Shown in pieces: positions 30,688 to 43,621 of a stretch of 64,000 nt of DNA. Origin of the DNA: Macrostomum lignano (Eukaryota); NCBI GenBank assembly GCA_002269645.1, contig NIVC01001954.1, forward strand, positions 154,792 to 218,791. Direction: 5' to 3'. Position 1 is the first letter of the stretch. Every line of letters starts with the position of its first letter. The notes beneath the pieces were generated by a model. That model worked only from the letters and a program-made list of their open reading frames with translations. It ran no database searches and had not been told where the DNA came from. Both the position numbers and the translations under genes were made by a program.

Positions 30688-31333
30688 ATATTTTATTATA
30701 TACTATACTATTATTTTTCTTTTATATAATGCATTATAATCTTTTTAATATTACATTATAATATATTTAGAATAAAATGGAATGTAAGTATTAATCATGA
30801 TTACTTATTAGCAAGTGACTAAATTTTATAACAAATAAAAATTTTATAGGTCTAAAGGGTCTTGACCAGAGACCTTATGCCATAACCCTTAATTGGCTTA
30901 TAGCCAATACGAGTATAGTTATAAGTATAATATAATTATCCAAAATATAGCTCCCTCTATAAAGTAGAAAGTTTGATATATATAATATTTTGATATTGAT
31001 ATAGTATATATTTTTTCATAGATAACTATATAGAGCATATATATTTGATAGATTTTCTAAATTGGTTAAAATAGCAATATGCATTAAAATAAAAAAGTTA
31101 AATAAGCAAAAGTATACTTTATCCCTTTCTTACTTGAATATAAGAGCCATTAAAAGGGTACTCTATAATAAATTTTCTCTATTAACATTGTAACAAAAAT
31201 TCATTTTGATTTAAGCTATTTTGATGATATTTTTATATAATGTCAAAGGTGTATAGTATCTTATTTTCATATTTAAAAGTCTAATACACTCTATTTAAAG
31301 CATTTATTTTAAGGGCATAGATACAACATTCAA

Positions 31334-31767
31334 TAAAGGCAGTTTTTATTATCATGGTGACTGTATAAGTAACAAAATGGTTATTTTTATAGTTAATGCA
31401 TAAGACACTATCTGGGCCTATGGTCTTTACTTAATATAGGCCTAACTGTATAAATAGCAAAACTGTTATTTTTATGGTTACCACAGGTAGGAAGCAAAAT
31501 GGCTATTTCTACAGTCATGTGGAAGAAATTTCAGTTAAATTACAATGTAATAGTTAACAATTACCTAAAGTAAGCTACCATGACAAGAACTACTAAAAGT
31601 TACTATCATATTTATTAATGCCATTTCTTTATTTTAAAAAATTAACCATCATATTTTTTGCATAGCAAGTTTGTCACTTCATTTAGGTGGTATTTGTTTA
31701 AGTGTTAACTGTAAAAATAACTGTCTTGCTATTTATATGGTCACTGTAACAATAACAACTGCCTTCA
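31334..31767. mobile_element. Old degenerate inverted-repeat relic (MITE/Foldback-like)
   Basis: 31334-31390 versus rc of 31711-31767: 43/57 identical by hand, 13 of 14 mismatches are transitions; a further subrepeat lies near 31445-31500. Confidence 0.65.
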
Positions 31768-32898
31768 ATAAAATAAATACACTAAAATGCAAACTAAAAC
31801 CAATTATAGTATATAATCCATTTATTTATTTATTTACAGTTTATATTACTGTATCAAAGTTTATTTAATTGTAGATCTAGTTGTTAGCTAAAATAAAAGT
31901 TGCTTGCTAGAAAGTTCCTACTTGCTAGTAACTGAAACTTCCAAGCTAGAAAGTTCAAAAGTTATTAGCAAAGAATTTTGGTTTCTCCTCAGAAACAAAG
32001 GGTAATAATTATATGACTGGCAGTTCACCACTAAAATAAATAATTTATCATAATTAATTTTGAGTTTTGATTACGCCACTGGCAATTTGGCATCAGGCCA
32101 TCATGGTGCTCTCAGATCAGCAAAGAATAATTTATTAACAAAATCAATTAAAAAGAGCCCAAACGACTAAGTAATTAAGACATTCTAAAAATAATAATAC
32201 AGTTACAATCATGATGCTGCATGACAAAATTTAAGTTCTCACTATATTATGGTATTTTGTTGTGTTGTGTACCTGTGGTTGTCGGTCCAGTAAGACTCGA
32301 GTCGAGACTATAATATAAATTGACGAAGCGACAGTAACTTGAATTAGCATTAAAAGTTAATTTCATTGAAAGCAACTAGCTAAACAAATTGTTTAAGACG
32401 CCTGTAATAAACATGTTTAAGCTGTTTAAGTTTTTTATGTTATAGTTTTTTAAAGCTTACTCAAGCCTTTTGCTTATGTTTATATTTTAAGTAAGTTATC
32501 TATGCAGTACTATTTCGTTTTTTTAACTCCTAATCTTTTCGTACGTTTAAATAGTTTAGGCCTTAGTTAGTCTATGCCGGCCACTCAGTCTCAACGCCTC
32601 ATTACCCTCATATATGGGGTTGTCTTTAAGCCTGTGGCTTGTTTGTGGTCGTAACCTGAAGTTACACTATTTTGATACATTCGAATATTCTACTACTTAA
32701 GACATTATCTATAATTAATGACTATATGCCTATTATTACAACTAACTAGATCTCAGATTCTCAGTATCTGTTCTATTTATTCTGGTATTTATTCTAGGCG
32801 TCTTATTATTAAAAATCTTGTTTCGTTTCGTGTCTGGGCTGCTGTGCACTGGGACTATACCTCGTGTCCTCGTCATCTCGAACCCAGCATGCCATTTG

Positions 32899-35587
32899 GG
32901 TTCCTGGACACTTCGTCATCTTACCACTTCGTCATCCACTCTTATTGTTGGACACTTCGTCATCTTACCACTTCGTCATCCACATTACTAATGTGGACAC
33001 TTCGTCATCCACTTTTTGTATGAAAAACTTTGTTATATGTAATGTCATGTATGTATACATGTTACATATACTCATATATGCAATTATATACTCGTAACTA
33101 TATAACTATATAAAGATAAAGATTAAACATTATACATGTATATGTATCTACATATAATCGCCCTTCTCCTTTCACATTCTGGGCTTGAGACCAGACAATG
33201 GCGAAGTTCACAACCCACAAAGATAGTCGTTAAATACTGTAATTTGTAGCTACATGTAGGCACAAAGATCAAAAAGTTCACAAAGCACAAAGAGAATATC
33301 ATTAAGAACTATACATTTAAATTACTACATAATTAATTCGATCCTTTCCTTCTAAATCTATCTAAATCTCTAATATTTGTTTGTTTATTTGTTTGTATTG
33401 TTATAGCATAGGCCTTTTAGCTTTCTAGAAATTATCTCACTGCTGCAACCAAGATGTTATAGGCGTGTTTCCTCTTATTGAAATTATCCCACCATTATGT
33501 CACCAAGCTGTGTTAGGCCTCTTGGCTCTGTCCTATAAAGTTCTAATTCTTAGCCTTTGCCTAGTCCTTATGCTGCCACCAAAGTTGTCAAAGGCATTTT
33601 AGCTCTCTCTAGAATTATCCCACTGCTGCAACCAAGTTGTGCTAGGGGTAACTTCTGTCCCTACAAATGATTTCACAGCTGTCACTAAAGTTGTCACAGG
33701 GCTTAATTTTCTGTCTTTATAAATGTTGGTAGCTGCCACCAAGACAATATTCTATTAATAAATTATGAGTTTATTAATCTTAGAATAAGTCTGAGAAATG
33801 ATTCTTGGAATTAGTCTGAGTATACATGAGTACTTATCTGTGTATTTATCTGAGCATAAGTCTGAGTACTTGGTCTGTGAATTATTCTTAGAATACTATT
33901 TAGCCTTTACAAGTATCGTTCTCCTATTATTCCGGTAGCGTTTACTATTGTTCTGGTAGCATTTACTATTATTCTGGCCTGAGTGGTATATTGGCTTACT
34001 GGTATATGTATTGCATGTACTTCCAATCCTAGGTGTTACCAAGATAAAAGGGTCACAGCCTCCAGTTATTCTTACTTGTATTATTTCAAATCTACTTCGT
34101 ATATTCTTACTACTCAATACTGCTGCTTCTCAATAGTATGTACTGTAAATGCTTCAGTCTATTTCACTTTTACTTCTTAAAAGGAATTAACACAGAAAAC
34201 ACTTCTTCAATTCTTATTTTCTCGGAACTCTTACTATTTGTTATCAACTATTTTGTTAGTGAACTGCGGTGCGCGAGGTTGGTTCTCTCTCTGCCAAAAT
34301 TGCTTCTATTTATACTATAAAATTTGCTACAGTTTTAAACAAAAATTCGTTAGCACAAAATATTATAGAAAATATGAGTATTAAAACAAAATGTTTCTTA
34401 GTTTTGGCATGAATTCAAATTGACTAAACAGTGACTATTTTATAAAGAAATCGGGAGGGGCCCTGCACAGTATGTTCATAATGCTCTAGAGCTCACATTC
34501 TTCACCAATTTTGATCGCGTTTTTGCCAAAAGATTCAAAATTGTCTGGAAAGAAGACAGTTAAAATCTTTTTAATCTGCTTCCAGTGTTGGGCACCGTTA
34601 ATGAAAATCTTAACTTCTATTAATGGCAAAAGCATTAGCATTAAAACAAAAAATCCTAACTTATTAAGTCCTAATTTCATTAAAGTTAACTGAAAATTAA
34701 CTGATAATGCTTCCATTGCTGACAAACGTCACATTGAAGCACTTGCTATTTTGTGCTAACTGGCTCTTGGCAAAAATGCAAATGTCTGCCATTTTCACTT
34801 ATAAACTAGCTGTTTCTTACATGTATTTGCTTCTCATATATGATTTCATGTACCATATTTATTATAAAATTCTGGGTGGGAGTAGGCTGGCCACTTCAGT
34901 CTTGAGGGGTAAAGTGACCATCTTTGCACTTGCACCCCTCTTGGATCCGCCACTGTGGTTAGTTGGTTGGAGAATTGGCACATTGCAACTCATAGACACA
35001 AATGCATGTACGGCTTAGCACATTTATTTAGGGGGTGAAAATGCTCTAGCTCAGACTGTATGCATGTGAAGGGTTGGTTAAGTCCCTACAGGTGGAGCAA
35101 GGAGAAATCCATGGCCATATACTTTGTTGCCTCCCCTGGGTTGCAGAAGTGATAATGTCAATAAATTTTAGGCTTTAGCAAGGAAGCAAAAATAATTATT
35201 CAAGCTTGGCAAGTTTGAACATAGAATAAAATTACAATGAGCACTAATATCTACATTTATGTACTCGTACATTGAAGCGTGCGTATGCAAACTGTGTATA
35301 CATTGTGTACATTGGATGCCAATTATAGTGACAAGTTGAATCTCTAAGTTGTGTATTTAATCCAATATTTTACTGACTAAATTAATTGAGTAACAATTTA
35401 TAACAATAACAATCGAATAACAATTTATAGCCTTGCTAAATCTTGGGATGACAAAGTGTCCTCAAAATTTGGTCACTTTGTCAACTAGATTTACTAACAA
35501 TTTTTTGATATGACAAAGCATCCAAAAACCATGGTCACTTCGTCATCAAGATGACAAAGTGGTTAGATGACAAAGTGTCCAGGAGCC
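32899..35587. mobile_element. 2.7-kb non-autonomous TIR DNA transposon with subterminal repeats
   Basis: Termini GGTTCCTGGACACTTCGTCATCTTACCACTT and (rc) GGCTCCTGGACACTTTGTCATCTAACCACTT; repeated CACTTYGTCATC motifs at both ends; 8-bp TSD GCCATTTG/GACATTTG (1 mismatch); no transposase motif seen. Confidence 0.8.
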
Positions 35588-37195
35588 GACATTTGTATCT
35601 CAATCTTGTCAATTTTAAATTGAGAAAAAGCTAGGCTAAATTGCCTAATTTTAATTTTTTGTATTAAAGCTGTAAGCTGAATTGATTTCTGTAGTTCTTT
35701 TAAAATGAATATACTTTAACTTAGAGTTATTTTTTTAATTCTTACATCAGTTAGTTAGTTTATGTATTGTAATATCAAAGATATTTTATAAGTCTAGTCC
35801 TCTGGTACTTGAAAATAAATTTTTATGTGCCAAAAATAGCCAATTTAGCACTAAATATTTCTTTAAAGCACAAAAATTTCACCAAAATACTTGTACTACA
35901 ATTATAAAAAGGTAAAAAAAGAGATGATCCTAGTTTGTGTGGTTTTTACTCTTTAAGTTAAAGCATGTTTTAAGCATCATAGAATCATAGAATTAAAGTA
36001 ATTGTTGGTAACTACTAATGCTAGATTAGAACAAGACACTTTCAAAACAATAAGCATCCTTTAACAACTCCTCGAAAGTTTTCTAACAAGGATAACTAGC
36101 ATAGCAATACATCAGGACACTATATTCCTGATTTGTAGAAAAAATTTTGAAGGCCAATTTTTTAATTTCAATGTTCATGCAGCATGAAACAAGTAATGCA
36201 TTCTAAAAATCCAAGTTATTTAAAGTCTTGTGCATTGGTCCATCTATCAAATTCAATCCATTTATTGTTCTGTTATCTTTTCTTTTAATTGTTAATTGGC
36301 ATTTCCAAGGCTGCTAGAAGATTATCATTGATTCTAAATGATCAGCTATACAAAAGTATACTTAAGTAACACTATTATAAAAGTATAGCTGCTATAAAAT
36401 TAAAGCATAATGCTAATAGGGCAACAAGAATGACCCACAAAACTAAAAGTTGTCTGAAGTATTCTACTCATTGTGATACACCCATTGGACAAAAATTATC
36501 TCCATACATAGTTTTAAAGATAGATAATTTTTATACAATGATAGAATAGGTATTTTGTGCTTATAGCATCCTGATTTTCTAATTTATATCTTTAAATTGG
36601 ACTTTGGATATTATACATACTATTTTTTGGCAAAATTTTCTTTTTTAGAAAAAAACAATATCTTGACTTGGATTCGAAATCATTTTGTAACTAGATATTA
36701 AACTTAAGTTAAACTTAAATATTAAATAATTTTATATCCTAGTATAGTAGTATTAATTCTAGTATTAATAGGGAAATTTGATTGGTTTTTGTTTTGATAC
36801 TTTCAATCTTCTATAATAATAATAATAAAAGCTTAAATAACATTAATTGATACTTTATATATATATGAATATCACATTTTTCATTAGTAAACAAATAGGT
36901 ATAGATATAATAGCCAATAAACAGTTGTCTCTATTTTCTAAAGCAAAAAAGAATGTTAAAATATTTATAACATATAAAATACCTGTGGCTATCTATACTT
37001 TAGAAGATAAAGGTATTATAAGTTTGGTATCAAGTTCAGATAGCTAGTGCTTAGTTTATTACTTATAATATATAGAGGCCAATTAAATTTGTTATATTTA
37101 TATCATTTTTAATGTTAGGTTTAACAGTAATAAGCCTAATTATTTTTTACTTATTTGTAAATGGCAATACTCAATTTATTGCATGTTAACATCAG

Positions 37196-40100
37196 ATGTC
37201 ACGGGTACATTATCAAATTGCAAATGATGAGAACATTGGCCAAATAGGTAAATAATTTGTTATTTACTAGCCTGTCTTAAATAAATTCCTTCCAGTTATT
37301 TTATAAAAAATTGCCTTATCTGCATAATATCCCATTACTATTAATTTTTTTTGAATTTGTAATAAAAATTAAACAATGTTGCAAAATAATTTACTCCTTG
37401 CTTCTATCCCCCTACATAACACTGCCCCACCACCCCCTGCATAACCCTGCCCCACCATCCTCTTGCATAACACTGCCCCACCATCCCCCTACATAACACT
37501 GCCCCACCACCCCCCTGCATAACCCTGCCCCACCATCCCCTTGCATAACACTTCTCCACCATCCCCCTACATAACACTTCGCCACTATCCCCTTGCATAA
37601 CACTTCCCCACCATCCCCCTGCAAAACACTTCCCCACCATCCCCCTGCATAACACTTCCCCACCATCCCCCTGCAAAACACAGCCTCACCATCCCCCTGC
37701 ATAACACTTCGCCACTATCCCCTTGCATAACACTTCCCCTATCCCCCGCATAACACTTCCATACCATCCCCCTGGATAACACTTCCCCACCATCCCCCAG
37801 CATAACACTTACCCACCATCCCCCTGCATAACACTTACCCACCATCACCTTGCATAACACTTCCCCACCATCACCTTGCATAACACTTCCCCACCATCAC
37901 CTTGCATAACACTGCCTCACTATCACCTTGCATAACACTGCCTCACTATCACCTTGCATAACACTTCCCCACCATCACCTTGCATAACACTTCCCCACCA
38001 TCACCTTGCATAACACTGCCTCACTATCACCTTGCATAACACTGCCTCACTATCACCTTGCATAACACTGCCTCACTATCACCTTGCATAACACTGCCTC
38101 ACTATCACCTTGCATAACACTGCCTCACTATCACCTTACATAACACTGCCTCACTATCACCTTGCATAACACTGCTCCACCACCTCTGGCCCACCCCAGG
38201 CGGCCGCCAGCGAGCCGTCCAGTTCGAAGACGAGCTCGAACAGCTGCGCGAACGTGTTCGCAAACAGCAAGCTCGCGACGCTGAACAATTGAAATTCTCT
38301 CCGGCGCCGCCTAAAAAGACGCGAAAAGTGGCGCCAGCTCCGGCGCCAAAATCGTATCCGGGATTTTCAACGCCGGGTCAGCATCAGAGCCAGCATAATC
38401 AGCAACAACACCAGCAGTCGCCATCAGCAGCTGCGGCAGCCGTCAAACAAGACGAAACAGGAACAGCGACATCCGCGACCGCATCTCGGCGAGCTCGCGC
38501 GGTGACGCCCAGCGACTGGCGAAGGGGCCTCGAGCTCACCCAGCGGGAGCTGGGCCCGGCGCCTCCACTGCCAAAGCCGTCGCCGCCTCAGCAGCAGCAG
38601 ACAGAGTCATCGGGAAAAAGTAAGACGTAATTCATTATGATTGGTGTAATAAGATTCAGTGCCCTATTGCCAAGTTGATTATATCTTTATTATCCATTAA
38701 AAATTCACCAATCAGAAACGGCTACAGCGACTGTAGCAGGTTTGTGTTCCACTATGGCTCGTACTACTCGTATTTATTAACTGGTTCAGCTAAACTAGAA
38801 CTGTAGTGTTTCGCTAACTATTGATATAGATGATAAAGGTACTTACTTACTATTAAGGGTATGTTCGGTATAAATAAAGCGCGCATTTATTCTTCAGCTA
38901 ATTTTGATGTCTGTTTAAAGCATTCCAACTTTTTTTCGATTGAATTAATGTGTTTTGTTAATTAATATTCATCACATGCGTTTCCTGTTCAATTTTAAAA
39001 TTAAAGAACAGCTTTTAAAAAGCTTTTTAGCCTTTCTTAACTTAATTACACTACATATAGACTTTCACCTGATCATATTCTATTGTTATCTTTTGCAGAG
39101 ACCGCCACTGTACGTCCGCATCCGCGGCCTGCGCCGCCGCCGTCGCAGCCGCCTGCGGCTGATCAATCGTCACCCCAGCAGCAGCGCAGCCGGCCATACG
39201 ATCAGGAGAAAATCAAAGAATACCTGCAGCAGCAGAAGGAGCGCCGAAGGCAGGCTAAAATCGAAGCTGAGCGTCAGCGTGCAGCCGAAGCCGCGGCGCT
39301 GCAACAGAAGCTCAAAGACTTGCGCCAGCGACAATTGGAAGCCGTTGCTGGCGGCGGCAAGCCGTCTGGCGCAGCTACTCGAAGATCTGCTCCGGCTCCT
39401 TTAGCCACTGTAGAAATTGTTGCTGAACCACAAGAGGAGCAGCAGCAGCAACCGTCAGAGAAGCCGATGCCGCAGGCTAGAAAGAAGCCTCAATTGCGTG
39501 TACTGCAGCAGCCGCAGCCGCAGTTGCGCAGAACAGCAGTTGCTAATAGCATCGGCAGCGGCAGCGACAGTCCGGATGTTGAAACAGACGATAATATAGA
39601 TGATCATGATGACAATTATAACTGGCAGTCTCCGCAGTTGCAGTACAGGCAGCAGCAGCCGTCAGTTGACACTTTGAACAGGTGGTGCGCAGTTCGAGAC
39701 GCGGCCTCGTCCCTGGAGGACCGGGTCAGCCGCATGGCCAGGCCTGGAGGCCACTTTTGGGGCACTCTGCACCCGCCGCACCTGTCAGCGGCCGCAACGT
39801 CAGCCAACCCGACGGCCCGGCTGCCGCTGCCCGGCTATCGTGAATCGCCGCCAGCCCCGATGGCTCGAGCCGTCACACCAGCCGACGCTGTTGACGATGG
39901 CGTCGAAGACATCGGCGATAATGGCTACGCCTACGCTGAAGCGCAACGGCTAGCTGAGCAGATGCCGCGTGGCCTGGACCGCATCGGCCGGGCTTTGCTG
40001 TTGCACAATTTCTGCGCCGGGCAGCCCGCTGTTCAGCAGTCGCGGAAGCAGCCGAAATCGCCGCTTGGACGTCGGACGCGTCGATCCGAAGGGGCGCTCC

Positions 40101-43100
40101 CGCCTAAACGGTAAGACTAAGATGCCATGGTGGCGGATTTCGTAATTCCGTTTGACTAATTAGATTTTTTCCTTGCAGATCATTTTGCATCTCTCTGATT
40201 CCCTCCCTTTGTCATTCAGTGCCTCTCGATCAGTGCCTCTCTGATTCCCTCTCTGATTCCCTCCCATTGTCATTCAGTGCCTCTCGATCAGTGCCTCTCT
40301 GATTCCCTCTCTGATTCCCTCCCTTGTCATTCAGTGCCTCTCTGATTCCCTCTTTGATTCCCTCCCTTGTCATTCAGTGCCTCTCTGATTCCCTCCCTTG
40401 TCATTCATTGCCTCTCTGATTCCCTTGTCATTCAGTGCCTCTCTGATTCCCTCCCTTGTCATTCATTGCCTCTCTGATTCCCTCCCTTGTCATTCATTGC
40501 CTCTCTGATTCCCTCCCTTGTCATTCAGTGCCTCTCTGATTCCTTTCCTTGTCATTCAGTGCCTCTCTGATTCCCTCCCTTGTCATTCATTGCCTCTCTG
40601 ATTCCCTCCCTTGTCATTCAGTGCCTCTCTGATTCCCTCCCTGTCATTCAGTGCCTCTCTGATTCCTTTCCTTGTCATTCAGTGCCTTTCTGATTCCCTC
40701 CCTTGTCATTCAGTGCCTCTCTGATTCCTTTCCTTGTCATTCAATGCCTCTCTGATTCCTTTCCTTGTCATTCAGTGCCTCTCTGATTCCCTCCCTTGTC
40801 ATTCAGTGCCCTCGGTCTCTGATTCCCTCTATTTTCACTCTTGCTTCTCTGATTCACTCCCTTCGCATTGTCGTCCCTCCCTTCCAGTAATTTAGCATCT
40901 CTGATTTCCCTTGTTGATTCGCCCAGGTACAACCTGCTGCACACCCTGGAGCACGAATCAGCCGATCCGTTTGCATTTCGAGCCGTCTACAATAGGCAAC
41001 GGGAGGCCTATGCTAGGCGACAGAACGGCGGCAGCAGTTTGACAACCTCGCCGCAGCCTCCGACGGCGGCAGCGTCGTCAACCTCTCGACGTCGTGATAT
41101 TCGTAGTAGTGGCGGCGGCGGCGGCGGCATGATGGACGGCTCCATGCGACCGGAGGATCTCAGGCTGTCGCCATCAGCGGCGGCTACCGTAGCGGCGGCG
41201 CCGTCGCGGCCAGTCGTTGTTGACCGAGACGTTCAGACAGCGCACTCGGCTACTCCGACAGCAGTTATCGGCGCCGATTCCTCTTACACCGCCGCTGACA
41301 GGGATACTCGTCGGCGTCAGCGTCAGCGGCAGCGTGACCACCGCAGTCGAAGCCGGAGCCGGAGTCGCAGTGGCAGCGAGGAGAAAGAAGAGAATAAAAA
41401 TAGCGATGAGCTAAAGAGGCCGGCTTCGCCGCCGCCTGCTGTGGCTAGTAGGCGCTATCAGAGTCAGGTGGGTTTCCTCATTATCTGCTTGTTTTTGTTG
41501 ATTTGGGGCAATAAATTATCTATTGCCCATAAAAATAGTCTCTCAAATGGAAAATCGCCCAGAAACCTCGTTTTCTACGATAAGAGTCGCTTCTCAGCCC
41601 CCTAAGAATGGCCCCAAAACTTGCCAAAGGAATCGTCTCATGATAATAAGCATTAAGAGTCGCCTCCAAACTAAAGAAAGGATCTGCCGCAACCCCTTTA
41701 ATTTAAATTAAAAAATCCGCCTTAAACCCTCTTAAAAATCGCCCCAACCCCTTTAAGAATCGCCCCGATCCCTTTAAGAATCGTCCCCAATCCCTTTAAG
41801 AATCGCCCCCAATCCCTTTAAGAATCGTCCCCAATCCCTTTAAGAATCGCCCCAATCCCTTTAAAATCGCCCCAATCCCTTTAAGAATCGCCCGAACCCC
41901 ATCAAGAATCACCCAAACCCCACAGCCCCATTAAAAACCGCCCCCCCCCCAAACCCTATTAGGAATCGCCCCCAAACCCACATAAGAATCGCCCGTAAGC
42001 CCCCAAAAATCGCCAATGACCCACCCCATCGCCGCCTCGCCAGTCGCAGCCGCACGATGGCCGCCTGTCGCCAGCCAGCCTGGAGCGCATGTTCCAAGTG
42101 GAACTGCAGTTCTACGACTCCCTAGAGGAGTCGCATCGTCAGCTGACTGAGCTGGACCGGCACAGGCAGGTGGCCCAGTCCAATCAGGAGACAGTTGCGC
42201 TAGCCCAGGTGCTTAAGGCCAATCGATTCAGTCAATCTCAGGAGGCGGCCGCCGCGAAAGACTCGCGCGACAAAGAAGTTGAAGAAGCGCGAGCACTCGT
42301 TGCCGAGGCCAAAGCTAGAAATGCCCATCTAGAAGAGGAAACTGCAAGCCGGCTGGCAAAGGTTCTAGTTTCCTGCTTGCTTTTGCATATTGCTGTTCAC
42401 TATTGAATAACTGCTGCACTCTGTAACATCAGCTACTGTACGTTCTAACATATTTTGCCTGGAGCACCTACAGTACGGTTTATATCAATATAACACTAGT
42501 AAAATGTCAGCGCATTGTCAATGCCCTATTATAAACCTAAGGCAAACTGATTCTTAACTAGTATAGACAGATTCTTGGCTATTACAGACAGATTCTTGGC
42601 TATTACAGACAGATTCTTGGCTATTACAGACAGATTCTTGGCTATTACAGACAGATTCTTGGCTATTACAGACAGATTCTTGGCTATTACAGACAGATTC
42701 TTGGCTATTACAGACAGATTCTTGGCTAGTACAGACAGATTCTTGGCTATTACAGACAGATTCTTGGCTATTACAGACAAATTCTTGGCTATTTCAGACA
42801 GATTCTTGGCTAGTACAGACAGATTCTTGGCTATTACAGACAGATTCTTGGCTATTACAGACAGATTCTTGGCTAGTACAGACAGATTCTTGGCTAGTAC
42901 AGACAGATTCTTGGCTAGTATTTGACTTGACTTTATTGACATTGAGGAGTTTACGCACACAGAAATGCATGCCATTCAGCACCGTTTCTAACATCAAATA
43001 TAGTTGCAGTTCGTAACAAAATCTTAATCTAACACTGTCTAACCTTAGAACTTTATTAAACTACCTAATATATAGATTCGCGACGACAATCTGCGATTAA

Positions 43101-43586
43101 ATGCCATTCTGGCCCAGTTCCAAGCCAAACCGGCGGTTGTACTTCGCGAGGTAACAAGAATTATAGAAAACAAGAGTTTCTACGTATTTTATTTCATATT
43201 CTCACTGCGTGACGCTACTATTAGTAACAGAGATGCAAATAAAACAAAATGTAGGGAATACTTGTGTCAATATTAAGCAAGCACAATCCGATGTTGCATT
43301 TGTAGGACGCCACTCAGACTGCTGCTACATCAACGCCAAAGCCGTCTAGGACGTCCGCCAATGCGGCAACCGCGGCGCCGAGTTCAACTGTCCCTGCGCC
43401 AGTTGCCGACAGAGCCGCGGAGCAGTTGCAACAGCAGCAGCGAAATGATGCTAAGGCAAGCGATTTTGCTTTTTACAGTTTAGATATTTTTGCACCATTG
43501 CTGACCTATTCGCCAAGTAACCTGTGTCTGGATTGACTCAATAGGCTTTCTTATTGAAGGCTTCCTGAAGATAGATTACGTAGACA

Positions 43587-43621
<35 letters not shown>

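Noticed and set aside
36100-36600. Apparent decayed membrane-protein frame on the minus strand
   Set aside because: Stop frequency and hydrophobic bias are as expected for ~70% AT DNA.
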